Source of the DNA: Deltaproteobacteria bacterium
Lineage (GTDB): Bacteria > JAEEML01
NCBI GenBank assembly: GCA_016283195.1
Contig: JAEEML010000133.1
Location: 1 to 39,517, forward strand
Direction of reading: 5' to 3'
DNA: 39,517 bases
Position 1 is the first letter of the stretch; every line of letters starts with the position of its first letter. Below, in pieces: positions 25,876 to 33,899 of this stretch. The notes under the pieces are model-generated. The model searched no databases. It was not told where the DNA came from and saw only the letters and a program-made list of their open reading frames with translations. The translations under genes were made by a program, and so were the position numbers.

Positions 25876-27204
25876 TTACTTCTCAACTGCGGAGCCATGG
25901 GCAATTAAGTCGATGTCCAAAGCTTCGGCTTCGCCGGTGGGGTTATCGGCAATGATTTTGCCGTTTATATTATTTTGGCTGGCATTGGGTTGATTGAGTT
26001 TATCCATAGAAAAGTTTTTATCGCTATCAACAGTGGCAAAAGAGCCGGCAGTTTGCAATTTAATAACGCCGAGATCGGTGACGCTGGATAACCATTCATC
26101 AACTTTGGTACCGCCGACAGTAGCAACGGAGTCAAGGATTGTTTTAATGGTATCTTTCTTAAAAGAGAGCCAAGTATAATCCTGTGAAGGTGTCCATTTA
26201 CCATCGTCTCCATCTTCGTCGCTGGCGCATATTGCTGTGGCCAAAGACTCGGTATCAAGGAGCCATTTGATGAGGGCAGCACTGCTTGTGGCGTTGGTGT
26301 CACCGGTTACCACAGGAATAATCTTGTTCTTATAGACATACATAATAATGGCGCCGTATTCCATGGAGAAATTGCGGCCTTCAAATTGTGCTAGATCTTG
26401 TTGTTCAAAGAAATCCATATTATATTCGGCACTTAAATTGCTGGCACTGGTGAGGCCCATCTCCGCAACTTTGAGCTCTTGAGTACAATTTGCGGTGCAA
26501 TTATAGGACCAGTCAAAAGAGATGGTGTTCCAGCTTTCGTTAATTTTATTGGCAGTGCCTTGGCCTTTGGTCACTTTCATGTTGCTGGTGACAGTAAAAT
26601 CTTTCATGGCACCGGCAAGAGCATCCATAGCTTCGCCGGCCGGTTTTATTTTAGCTTTAGTTGCTTCGGTAGCAACGTATGTTTGGATTACTCCGCCTAT
26701 TTTTTCTTCGGCAATTGGTACGACAATAAGTTTAGCGGCACCCCATAACACATTCGTACCAAATTCATTATCTCCGTACTCGACAATCTTCTGAACAGCC
26801 CAATCGGTCAGATAGTCATCGGGGGCGTTTAAAAATTTGGCTACTTCATAAAAATTCTCCGGGATAACACCGCTCAAATCATAGTGCACGGTGGCATCGT
26901 ATGCTTTGGCTAAAACAGGGGTGCCTTTACAATCAGAAGCATCATACTTACAGGCAGTGCATTTAACAGTGCCGTCGATATCCTGGCCGGTGACGCTCTT
27001 ACAAGTGACGCCGGTCATGCCGAGTTTGCCATCGCATTGCTCACCCCTTTCCCAAATACCGTTGCCACATTCGGCCGAACCGGTATCAACTGGGCCTTCA
27101 CCCTCTTCTTCTTCTCCCTCTACAGCCGGGGGATCGTTCTTGCAGGCGGTGAGGCTCAAGGCGGTGAGAGCTAACAACATACTTAAATATTTTATGCGTT
27201 TCAT
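25876..27204 (-). CDS. Lipoprotein with an N-terminal myxococcal Cys-rich repeat (DUF4215-like) and an unknown C-terminal domain
   Basis: MKRIKYLSMLLALTALSLTA-C lipobox, EGEEEEGEG linker and CGNGIWERGEQCDG motif. GGAGG 5 nt before ATG 27204 favours this start over 27216. Confidence 0.8.
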   Translation of the reverse strand: MKRIKYLSMLLALTALSLTACKNDPPAVEGEEEEGEGPVDTGSAECGNGIWERGEQCDGKLGMTGVTCKSVTGQDIDGTVKCTACKYDASDCKGTPVLAKAYDATVHYDLSGVIPENFYEVAKFLNAPDDYLTDWAVQKIVEYGDNEFGTNVLWGAAKLIVVPIAEEKIGGVIQTYVATEATKAKIKPAGEAMDALAGAMKDFTVTSNMKVTKGQGTANKINESWNTISFDWSYNCTANCTQELKVAEMGLTSASNLSAEYNMDFFEQQDLAQFEGRNFSMEYGAIIMYVYKNKIIPVVTGDTNATSSAALIKWLLDTESLATAICASDEDGDDGKWTPSQDYTWLSFKKDTIKTILDSVATVGGTKVDEWLSSVTDLGVIKLQTAGSFATVDSDKNFSMDKLNQPNASQNNINGKIIADNPTGEAEALDIDLIAHGSAVEK

Positions 27205-27316
27205 ATTTTCCTCCATTCGTTTGGTTCCAAAACGCCAACTTCTATATTACTATTGATTGCAAGTTGGAGTAAAGAATAAAACGCAGGTGGGGCATTTTTC
27301 TCTACTTTGTGAGGAG

Positions 27317-27504
27317 CCCTCACCCCGACTGGTAGTAATAATTATTGGATCTCGCCCCTCTCTATTTGTTAAAATGGAGAGGGGGCCGGGGGGTGAGGGA
27401 AAACTGGTTGACTATATGAAAGACAAACAGGTAACTACTTGAATTTACAAATCTCCTCCCCCTCTCTATTTGTTAAAATGGAGAGGGGGCCAGGGGGTGA
27501 GGGA
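27317..27504. repeat. MITE/REP-like element cluster: 83-bp unit with 10-bp terminal inverted repeats plus a second copy of its 46-bp right half
   Basis: CCCTCACCCC (27317-27326) pairs with GGGGTGAGGG (27390-27399). The 46-bp direct repeats at 27355-27400 and 27459-27504 differ at one base. Each contains the hairpin CCCCTCTCTATTT-GTTA-AAATGGAGAGGGG. Confidence 0.85.
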
Positions 27505-28775
27505 TGAAAATGTACGATGACCTCTATATAACCGGCGGAGCAGAGCTGGAAGGGCGTAGCGGGGTGCCCGGTTCTCTGCCGGAAACCATCTATTTGATGA
27601 GTTTGGCTCTGATGGCACGCGGGCAGCATCGCCTCGGCGGTATCTCGAGTGCCAGTGAAGTGGCTGATTTTCAACATATTTTAGAAAAAATGGGCCTTAT
27701 TTTCGGTGATACAAGGCGCTATTTTATGGATATTGATAGCCGGCAAATCGCGCCGGCGGCGCTCACTTTTAAAGATACCTATCCGCTAAAAGGCGCATTT
27801 TTGCTAATTTTTCCGCTCTTGCATGCGTTTGGCCAGGTGGCTATTTATTTGCCCGATACAGCCAGAAAACCCTGGTTTATGGACGAAGTGCTGAATTTAT
27901 TGAACCTTTTTGGCGTGCGGGCCCGCTATAGCGGCGGCAAGCTGGAAGCCAAATGCCGTTATTTAAAGGGCGCTAAAGTGCGCTTGCCGCCCGGTGAGCC
28001 GATTTTGAGTGCTATGGCCATTTTGGCCGCTGCCCTGGCCAGAGGTAATTCGGAGATAAGTAATATTTCCGCCGGCAGCGAAATTTTTGCTCTTTGCCGC
28101 GCTTTGCAAAAAATGGGTGCTCTGGTGGAAATCCCCGGTAGCGGCCCGCTCAATATTACCGGTGTTGATGCTCTCTCCCCGCTGGAATACCAGATAGCGC
28201 CGGATAACCGCCAGCTCCTGCTTCTCTTTTTTGCGGCGCTTTTAAACGAGAGCGCTATTACTTTGCAAGATGTGCCGCAGGAGGCCAAAGAGCTCATTAT
28301 TTCTCTTGCCTCTCTGATTGGCGCCGAAGTGCACGCTATTGCCGGTGATGAGCTTTTTATCGACGGCCATAAATTTAGCTTGCCGGCAACCACCTTTATC
28401 GAGTGCCGCTATCCGGAAGTTACTTTGCCGGCCCTTATTTTGCTGGGCAATCGCTTTTGTCACCAATACCGCCTGGTTTCCACCGGCCTTTGGCCCTTAA
28501 GGAGCGAGCTCACTATTTTGAAGCGCCTTAATTTGCAATATACACTGGAGGGTAATGAGCTCTTAGTGCGCAGCACGCCGCTGGCTCCCACCGAGCTTTT
28601 GCCCCAAACGGCGGCTCAAGCCGCTTGGCTCATTTTGGCCGCTTGCTCCGCCGCCGGAGAGAGCGTTATTTATGACGGCGGCCTTATCGATCGCCGCTTT
28701 TCCGCTTTGGATCTTACACTAAATCGCCTTGGGGCTCATATTCGCCGTGTAAAAGCAACAGAGCAGGATAAATAA
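27504..28775 (+). CDS. MurA-like protein (UDP-N-acetylglucosamine 1-carboxyvinyltransferase / EPSP synthase fold), highly divergent and probably inactive
   Basis: Collinear with MurA: LYITGGAELEG, PLLHAFG, LKGAKVRL, AAALARGNSEISN, LQKMGA..., ITGVDAL, LILAA..A.GES.I and IDRRF...L.RLGAHIRR. Catalytic motifs are replaced. The start may be 27510. Confidence 0.8.
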   Translation: MKMYDDLYITGGAELEGRSGVPGSLPETIYLMSLALMARGQHRLGGISSASEVADFQHILEKMGLIFGDTRRYFMDIDSRQIAPAALTFKDTYPLKGAFLLIFPLLHAFGQVAIYLPDTARKPWFMDEVLNLLNLFGVRARYSGGKLEAKCRYLKGAKVRLPPGEPILSAMAILAAALARGNSEISNISAGSEIFALCRALQKMGALVEIPGSGPLNITGVDALSPLEYQIAPDNRQLLLLFFAALLNESAITLQDVPQEAKELIISLASLIGAEVHAIAGDELFIDGHKFSLPATTFIECRYPEVTLPALILLGNRFCHQYRLVSTGLWPLRSELTILKRLNLQYTLEGNELLVRSTPLAPTELLPQTAAQAAWLILAACSAAGESVIYDGGLIDRRFSALDLTLNRLGAHIRRVKATEQDK

Positions 28776-29146
28776 TGAATAATTTTGCTCATGCCAATAA
28801 AAGATCCTTGGGCAATAGCCAGGAAGAGGCCGCCGCTGCTTATCTAATAGAACGGGGCTATCAAATTATAGAACGTAACTATTTATTAAGAGGCGGCGAA
28901 ATCGATATAATCGCGAAAGATGGCGAAACGCTCTGCTTTGTTGAAGTGCGCTCACGGAAAAACGCCGACCTGGGGCACCCGCTGGCGAGCGTTACTCTTA
29001 GTAAGCAGCGCCACCTGGTGCGCGCCGCCAAACATTACCTTATGACCCACCCGGGCCTCGATTGCCCAATGCGCTTCGATGTGGTGGGCATTGTTCTTAA
29101 CCCTTATGAAATTACATTGGTGCAAAATGCCTTCTATGCCGAATGA
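28775..29146 (+). CDS. yraN: YraN family protein (UPF0102)
   Basis: LG...EEAAAAYL, IIERNY, GGEIDIIA, FVEVRSR and RFDVVGI. Confidence 0.95.
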   Translation: MNNFAHANKRSLGNSQEEAAAAYLIERGYQIIERNYLLRGGEIDIIAKDGETLCFVEVRSRKNADLGHPLASVTLSKQRHLVRAAKHYLMTHPGLDCPMRFDVVGIVLNPYEITLVQNAFYAE

Positions 29147-29972
29147 ACAGGGAATTTTATACATAGTGCCCACACCGCTCGGTAATTTAGCCGATCTCTC
29201 ACCAAGAGCCATAGATACTCTAGGCTCTGTGAGCCGTATTTTGGCCGAGGATACACGGCACACCGGCGAAATGCTTAATCATTTTGGCCTAAAAGTGCCC
29301 ATGATTAGCCTGCACGATCACAACGAAAGAGAACGAGCCGGCCTGGTAAGCGGCCTGCTTGATGAGGGCAACTCATTGGCTCTGGTTTCCGATGCCGGCA
29401 CCCCCACTATTTCCGATCCGGGGTATCATCTGGTAAGCGCTTTGAAAGAAGATGGCTATAAAGTGGTGGCTCTGCCCGGGCCCTGCGCGGCCATCACTGC
29501 CCTCTCCGCCTCCGGCCTTGCCAGCGACACTTTTACCTTTATTGGCTTTTTGCCGCAGAGCGGGGCAGCGCGTAAAAATGCTATTAGTGAAATACTTAAT
29601 AAAAAAGAGACGTTAATCCTCTATGAATCCCCAAAGCGCATTCACACTCTTTTAGAGGAGCTGCGCCCGGCCGGGCACCGCCAGCTAGCCATTGCCCGCG
29701 AGCTCACCAAAGTGCATGAAGAGATAATCCGCTCCTTTTGCGATACTGTTACAGCGGAGGAGGTGCGCCCGCAGGGAGAATTTACGCTCATTTTGGGGCC
29801 CAAAGCTGCGGATGAAGCAGCGGAGAGTGCGGCAGTTATGGATATGCGCCGCCTTGTAGAACTGGCACTAAAAGAGGGACTTTCGGTGAAAAGCGCAGCT
29901 GCTCTGGCCAGTAAATTTTTGGATTGTTCAAAAAAAGAGGCCTATCAGGCGGCGCTGGAGCTGGCTGGTTAA
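29136..29972 (+). CDS. rsmI: 16S rRNA (cytidine1402-2'-O)-methyltransferase RsmI
   Basis: LYIVPTPLGNLADLSPRA, AEDTRHT, LVSDAGTPTISDPG, YESPKRI and ARELTKVHEE. Start placed at ATG 29136. Confidence 0.96.
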   Translation: MPNEQGILYIVPTPLGNLADLSPRAIDTLGSVSRILAEDTRHTGEMLNHFGLKVPMISLHDHNERERAGLVSGLLDEGNSLALVSDAGTPTISDPGYHLVSALKEDGYKVVALPGPCAAITALSASGLASDTFTFIGFLPQSGAARKNAISEILNKKETLILYESPKRIHTLLEELRPAGHRQLAIARELTKVHEEIIRSFCDTVTAEEVRPQGEFTLILGPKAADEAAESAAVMDMRRLVELALKEGLSVKSAAALASKFLDCSKKEAYQAALELAG

Positions 29973-30031
29973 AAGATAGTGCTACTTGCGCTCTAATATG
30001 CTATCTTTTCGCCGCTATGGGGGTGCGCTTT

Positions 30032-30574
30032 ATGCCCGGGTTGCGTTACTTGATATTTCTTTTTTTGCCTTTGCTCTCTGCTTGTGGCTACCGCTTATTG
30101 AATAATGCCCCCTTTAAAGAGTGTGCTGCTATTTATGTAGCAGCTGTTGCCGATGAAGGAGAAGAGAGCGGTATGGCTCTGGCTCTTCGCGAGGCCTTGG
30201 CCGCCGAGCTTGCCGGGCGCGGGCTTATTGTGGCTGCAAAAGATAGTTCTAAATACTGCCGCTTGACCGCGGCGGTAAAAAGTTTAAAAACTACCTTGGG
30301 CGGCACTTCATATGGCGATAATGAAGTCAATAGTTATATTGAAAGTTTTAAAGGCGAGTGTCAATTAAGCGCCCATGACGGCCGGCGCCTTTTTGCCAGC
30401 GGCGCTGTTTCCGGGCGGGAGATATTTTTGGCCACCCGCGATTTGGGTAGTAGCGAGCTTGAGATTTTGGCCGCCGAATCCAGCCGCCGCCGGCTTATAA
30501 AGATACTTGCCGAAAATTTTGCGGCCGAGTGTTTGGAAAGAGGAGAGGAACAGTGGCTGAGCTCAAAACAGTAA
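30032..30574 (+). CDS. lptE: LPS assembly lipoprotein LptE-like
   Basis: Lipobox LLSA-CGY.L, LptE-like length and pattern, and position directly upstream of holA (the conserved lptE-holA order). Start is 30032 or 30017. Confidence 0.65.
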   Translation: MPGLRYLIFLFLPLLSACGYRLLNNAPFKECAAIYVAAVADEGEESGMALALREALAAELAGRGLIVAAKDSSKYCRLTAAVKSLKTTLGGTSYGDNEVNSYIESFKGECQLSAHDGRRLFASGAVSGREIFLATRDLGSSELEILAAESSRRRLIKILAENFAAECLERGEEQWLSSKQ

Positions 30575-31653
30575 GCCGCCTTGATGAACTGACGAGCTAC
30601 CTCAAAAAGCCTTTGCCCCGAGGCGGTGTGGTGCTCATTTTGAGCGAGGACGACCAGCTAAGAGAGCTGGCCATTGCCGCTCTCGAAGAGGCGGCGGCCA
30701 TTGATTACAGCGATGACTTTAATGTGAGCCGTTTTGATGCTCGGGAAAACCTGGAGGGCGCTATTTTAGCTGCAAGGAGTTATCCTATGATGGCTGAGCG
30801 GCGTTATGTGCGCATCGACCACCTTGAGGGGCTGAAATCCATCAAAGTTAGCGATAAGCCGCCCGCCAAAGTGGCTAAAGCCAAAGCCAAAAAGAGTGCC
30901 GAAAAGGGTGATAGAGAGGGTGATGTTCTAAGCTCCTATTTGCAAGATCCAGCCGACAGCACGCTGCTTGTCTTTTTGGCCTCCAAGCTCGATCAACGAA
31001 CAAAACTATTTGGAATTTTAAAGAAAAGTTCCTTTCTTGTGGCCGACTTAAAAGTGCCAACCAGGCGCGAACTTCCGGCCTGGATTAGAGGGCGCTCTAA
31101 TTTTTACGGCCTGAAAATAGCTCCCGATGCCGAATCGCTTTTGGCTGATGTGGTGGGTTCCAATTTGCAGCTGATTGAGCGCTCTTTAGAGCAATTGCGT
31201 GATTATATTTATCCCGATAAAGCCGTTTCCGCGGCCGCCATCGAAGAGATGATTTGTCGCAGCAAGAGCGAATCGATTTTTGATATGACCGATGCCATCG
31301 GCCAGGGTGACGGGGCCAGGGCACTGGCACTTTTGCGCAATATGGAAGAAGACGGCGAGCCGGCTCTTATGATTTCGGCCATGATAACCCGCCATTTTCG
31401 CCAGCTTTTAACAGTGGCTGCCGCGGCCAGGCATGGCGGAAGCTCAAGCAGTATTGCCGGCGCTCTGGGCCTAAATCCCTTTGTCGCCGCTAAACTCTTG
31501 GATCAAAGCCGCAACATGAATATAAAAGGGCTTTTAGGGGCCTTCCCCAAACTTTTGGATTTGGATATAGCCCTTAAAAGCGGAGCGGCCAGCCCTTACG
31601 GAGCCATTGAGGATACGCTTTTGGAGTTGCTCCAGACCTTAAAAAGGAGATGA
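30553..31653 (+). CDS. holA: DNA polymerase III subunit delta
   Basis: DFNVSRFD, ARSYPMMAERR, YLQDPADST.LVF, KLDQRTK, SIFDMTDAIG, ITRHFRQLL and DIALKSG. GTG start at 30553 after AGGAGAGG. Confidence 0.92.
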   Translation: MAELKTVSRLDELTSYLKKPLPRGGVVLILSEDDQLRELAIAALEEAAAIDYSDDFNVSRFDARENLEGAILAARSYPMMAERRYVRIDHLEGLKSIKVSDKPPAKVAKAKAKKSAEKGDREGDVLSSYLQDPADSTLLVFLASKLDQRTKLFGILKKSSFLVADLKVPTRRELPAWIRGRSNFYGLKIAPDAESLLADVVGSNLQLIERSLEQLRDYIYPDKAVSAAAIEEMICRSKSESIFDMTDAIGQGDGARALALLRNMEEDGEPALMISAMITRHFRQLLTVAAAARHGGSSSSIAGALGLNPFVAAKLLDQSRNMNIKGLLGAFPKLLDLDIALKSGAASPYGAIEDTLLELLQTLKRR

Positions 31654-31654
31654 A

Positions 31655-32740
31655 ATGAAACCTAAAAATATTTTATGGCCGGGAAGCCGGCTATTTTTAA
31701 TGAGTCTCATCTCTCTCCTGCTTTTTTGCGCTTGCCCGGGCCGCGGGGTAGTTGTTTTGCCGGCTGCCACGAGCGCCGAGGAGCCGGCTTGGGCTAATTT
31801 GCCCAGCGGTTCGCTTACAAGTGGCCCGCGCGGTGAAGGATTTTATGGTTTTGGCCGAGCCGAAAGCGGCAAAGATACCACTAATAAACCGGATGATTTA
31901 TTGGCCGAGGCCGATAACAGAGCTATGGAAATGCTCTCACTTACCATCGATCGTTTTTGGAATCGCTCTCTTTCGTATTTGACAAAAAAAACAGGGGCTT
32001 ATGGTCTCTTTCGTACTTTTGAAGGGGCGCCGTGCCGGGTCTCTTTTAATAAAGAACACCATCAGGTAGTGGAGCACTGGCACCATATAAACGGCGAGAA
32101 GAGCATGGCTATGGCTTTTTTGTCGCGCGAGGATTTGGCCAATCAGCTCACCGCTTGCAAAGGGTGCAAAGAGCATCCGCTATGCAAGATGATGGGAGCC
32201 AATTTGGATTTACTCCTCACTGATTTCACTGCTTGGAGTGAAGTTTCCTGGACCAGTGATGAAGCGGTTCTCTCTTGGGTGAAGCGTGGCCCCGGGCCCT
32301 ATGTGGACGGCCCGGCCGGCCGGGGCTTTTATGGCGTTGGTACGCTTGATGACCCTACAGATTTGGCCATCAGCACTCTTGATTTGCAATATAGAGCTGC
32401 TCTCTCTCTCCGCGAAACACTTTTGGACTTTTTGCGTAAGGCCACCGGCAAAGATGTGCGCCTGGACAACACTTACGACAGCATTACTCCGCCCTGTATT
32501 ACCGCTATCCAAAAATTGAGCGGAGATATTATTGAAATGGGGCGCCTGCCCGACGGCCGGCCGGTGGCCTCGTTGGCTTTTGTCCCGGCCGATCGCGTGC
32601 GGGCGGCCACAAAAGATTGCCCAGGTTGCCAGGAATATAATATCTGCCGGGCTTTATATGACCGCTTTGACGAACTTTTTATGACTTCATCCAAACAGCA
32701 TCAGATAAAAGTGTTTAACAGTGGTCGCAAGGCGCTATAA
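31655..32740 (+). CDS. Putative lipoprotein with two tandem LPP20-like domains
   Basis: Signal peptide ending LLFCA-C. Internal duplication: PAWAN...GPRGEGFYGFG...ADNRA versus LSWVK...GPAGRGFYGVG...LQYRA. Confidence 0.65.
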   Translation: MKPKNILWPGSRLFLMSLISLLLFCACPGRGVVVLPAATSAEEPAWANLPSGSLTSGPRGEGFYGFGRAESGKDTTNKPDDLLAEADNRAMEMLSLTIDRFWNRSLSYLTKKTGAYGLFRTFEGAPCRVSFNKEHHQVVEHWHHINGEKSMAMAFLSREDLANQLTACKGCKEHPLCKMMGANLDLLLTDFTAWSEVSWTSDEAVLSWVKRGPGPYVDGPAGRGFYGVGTLDDPTDLAISTLDLQYRAALSLRETLLDFLRKATGKDVRLDNTYDSITPPCITAIQKLSGDIIEMGRLPDGRPVASLAFVPADRVRAATKDCPGCQEYNICRALYDRFDELFMTSSKQHQIKVFNSGRKAL

Positions 32741-32959
32741 TATTTCCGAATCGGCTTTTAATAAATCATAAAAGGCTCAAAAACGCCAAAAGAGGCAGCA
32801 CGGTAAAAAAGGTGGGCAAGATATAATAGCTGCCTAGCCATTCCGCTCTTGAAAGCAAAGCGCCGCCTGATGTATGTTCCCCGGCGTTGTCTTTACTTAC
32901 CTCATATTTTGTAAGTGGCAGACAACATAGTTTGTTTTGATAAAAAAGAGAGGAAAATT

Positions 32960-33808
32960 GTGCTTAGTCAGGAACCACTTATTGCCGTTTTTGTCGATTA
33001 CGACAACTTGGCTATCGGCGCCCGCGACTTAAAAGGTGGCGGCGATTTTAAAATTCAACTCGTCTTAAAGCGCCTTTTGGAAAAGGGGCGCATTGTTTAC
33101 AAAAGGGCCTATTGCGATTGGAGCAAACACCAAAACGCCATGCGCGAATTCCACGCTTCCGGCATGGTGATGATTGATATTCCCCAATCTTTAAGCGGCA
33201 AAAACAACGCCGATATTCACATGGTCATCGACGCGCTCGAACTCTGCTACGCCAAACAACATATTGATATATTTGCTCTTTTGTCTGGTGATAGCGATTT
33301 TACTCCGCTCATTTCCAAGCTCAAAGAGAATAATAAATATGTTATAAGCTGCGGCGTAAAGAGCTCCACCAGCCACCTTTTAATCAATTCCTGCGATGAG
33401 TTTATTTACTACGACGACTTGGTGCGCGAAGAAGAACAAAAGCTCAAAAAGAAAAAGAAAAAATCCTCTCGCGAGAATACGGCGGAGACTAACGAAAATA
33501 AAAATCAGGAGCTGGCTGATCATAATAGCGGCGAAAACGGCCAGGAGCTCACCAAAGAGCAGCGCGAAAAAGCCGAAGTGGCCGACCTTTTGGTGGAGCT
33601 TGTGAGCAATCTGGAAAAGGATTACGAAACAGTATGGAGCTCCATGTTAAAGCAGGCAGTGCGCCGCGTGCTGCCAGGTTTTAATGAGGCTTATTACGGC
33701 TATAAAAGCTTTACCGAGCTTTTAATGGAGCTTAAAAATAAGGGGCTTTTGGAGGTATCTTTTGACGGCGGGCGCAGTAACTTTAGAGTGCACACTCCGG
33801 AGAATTAG
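32960..33808 (+). CDS. NYN domain (LabA/DUF88) protein with C-terminal OST-HTH/LOTUS domain
   Basis: IAVFVDYDN, KRAYCDW, GKNNADIHMVIDA, SGDSDFTPL, CDEFIYY and PGFNEAYYGYKSF. GTG 32960 after GAGAGG is preferred over 32915. Confidence 0.9.
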   Translation: MLSQEPLIAVFVDYDNLAIGARDLKGGGDFKIQLVLKRLLEKGRIVYKRAYCDWSKHQNAMREFHASGMVMIDIPQSLSGKNNADIHMVIDALELCYAKQHIDIFALLSGDSDFTPLISKLKENNKYVISCGVKSSTSHLLINSCDEFIYYDDLVREEEQKLKKKKKKSSRENTAETNENKNQELADHNSGENGQELTKEQREKAEVADLLVELVSNLEKDYETVWSSMLKQAVRRVLPGFNEAYYGYKSFTELLMELKNKGLLEVSFDGGRSNFRVHTPEN

Positions 33809-33828
33809 GCAATTTTAATAATCTTTGA

Positions 33829-33857
33829 TTGAATCATGAGAATTTTCTGTGTATGCT
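33829..33857 (+). promoter_or_regulatory. Candidate sigma70 promoter of the kinase gene
   Basis: TTGAAT-N17-TATGCT, about 42 nt before ATG 33900. Confidence 0.4.
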
Positions 33858-33899
33858 GTGGCCCGCGAGCGGGCACCTAAGTTGCCCATGGGACTATAG

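Noticed and set aside
27355-27504. Two 46-bp direct repeats separated by 58 bp as a mini CRISPR array
   Set aside because: There are only two units, the spacer is long and no cas genes are present. Related copies are dispersed elsewhere, which fits REP/MITE-like repeats.
32155-32650. CxxC motifs as c-type heme sites
   Set aside because: Neither is followed by His (CKGCK, CPGCQ).
33440-33475. A-rich run encoding KLKKKKKKSS as a frameshift or phase-variation site
   Set aside because: The run is interrupted by G bases and the frame is intact. It is a normal low-complexity linker between the NYN and OST-HTH domains.
33888-33899. In-frame ATG-GGA-CTA-TAG directly before the kinase start, as a uORF or readthrough signal
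   Set aside because: It is three codons long with no SD or recoding context, so it is likely chance.
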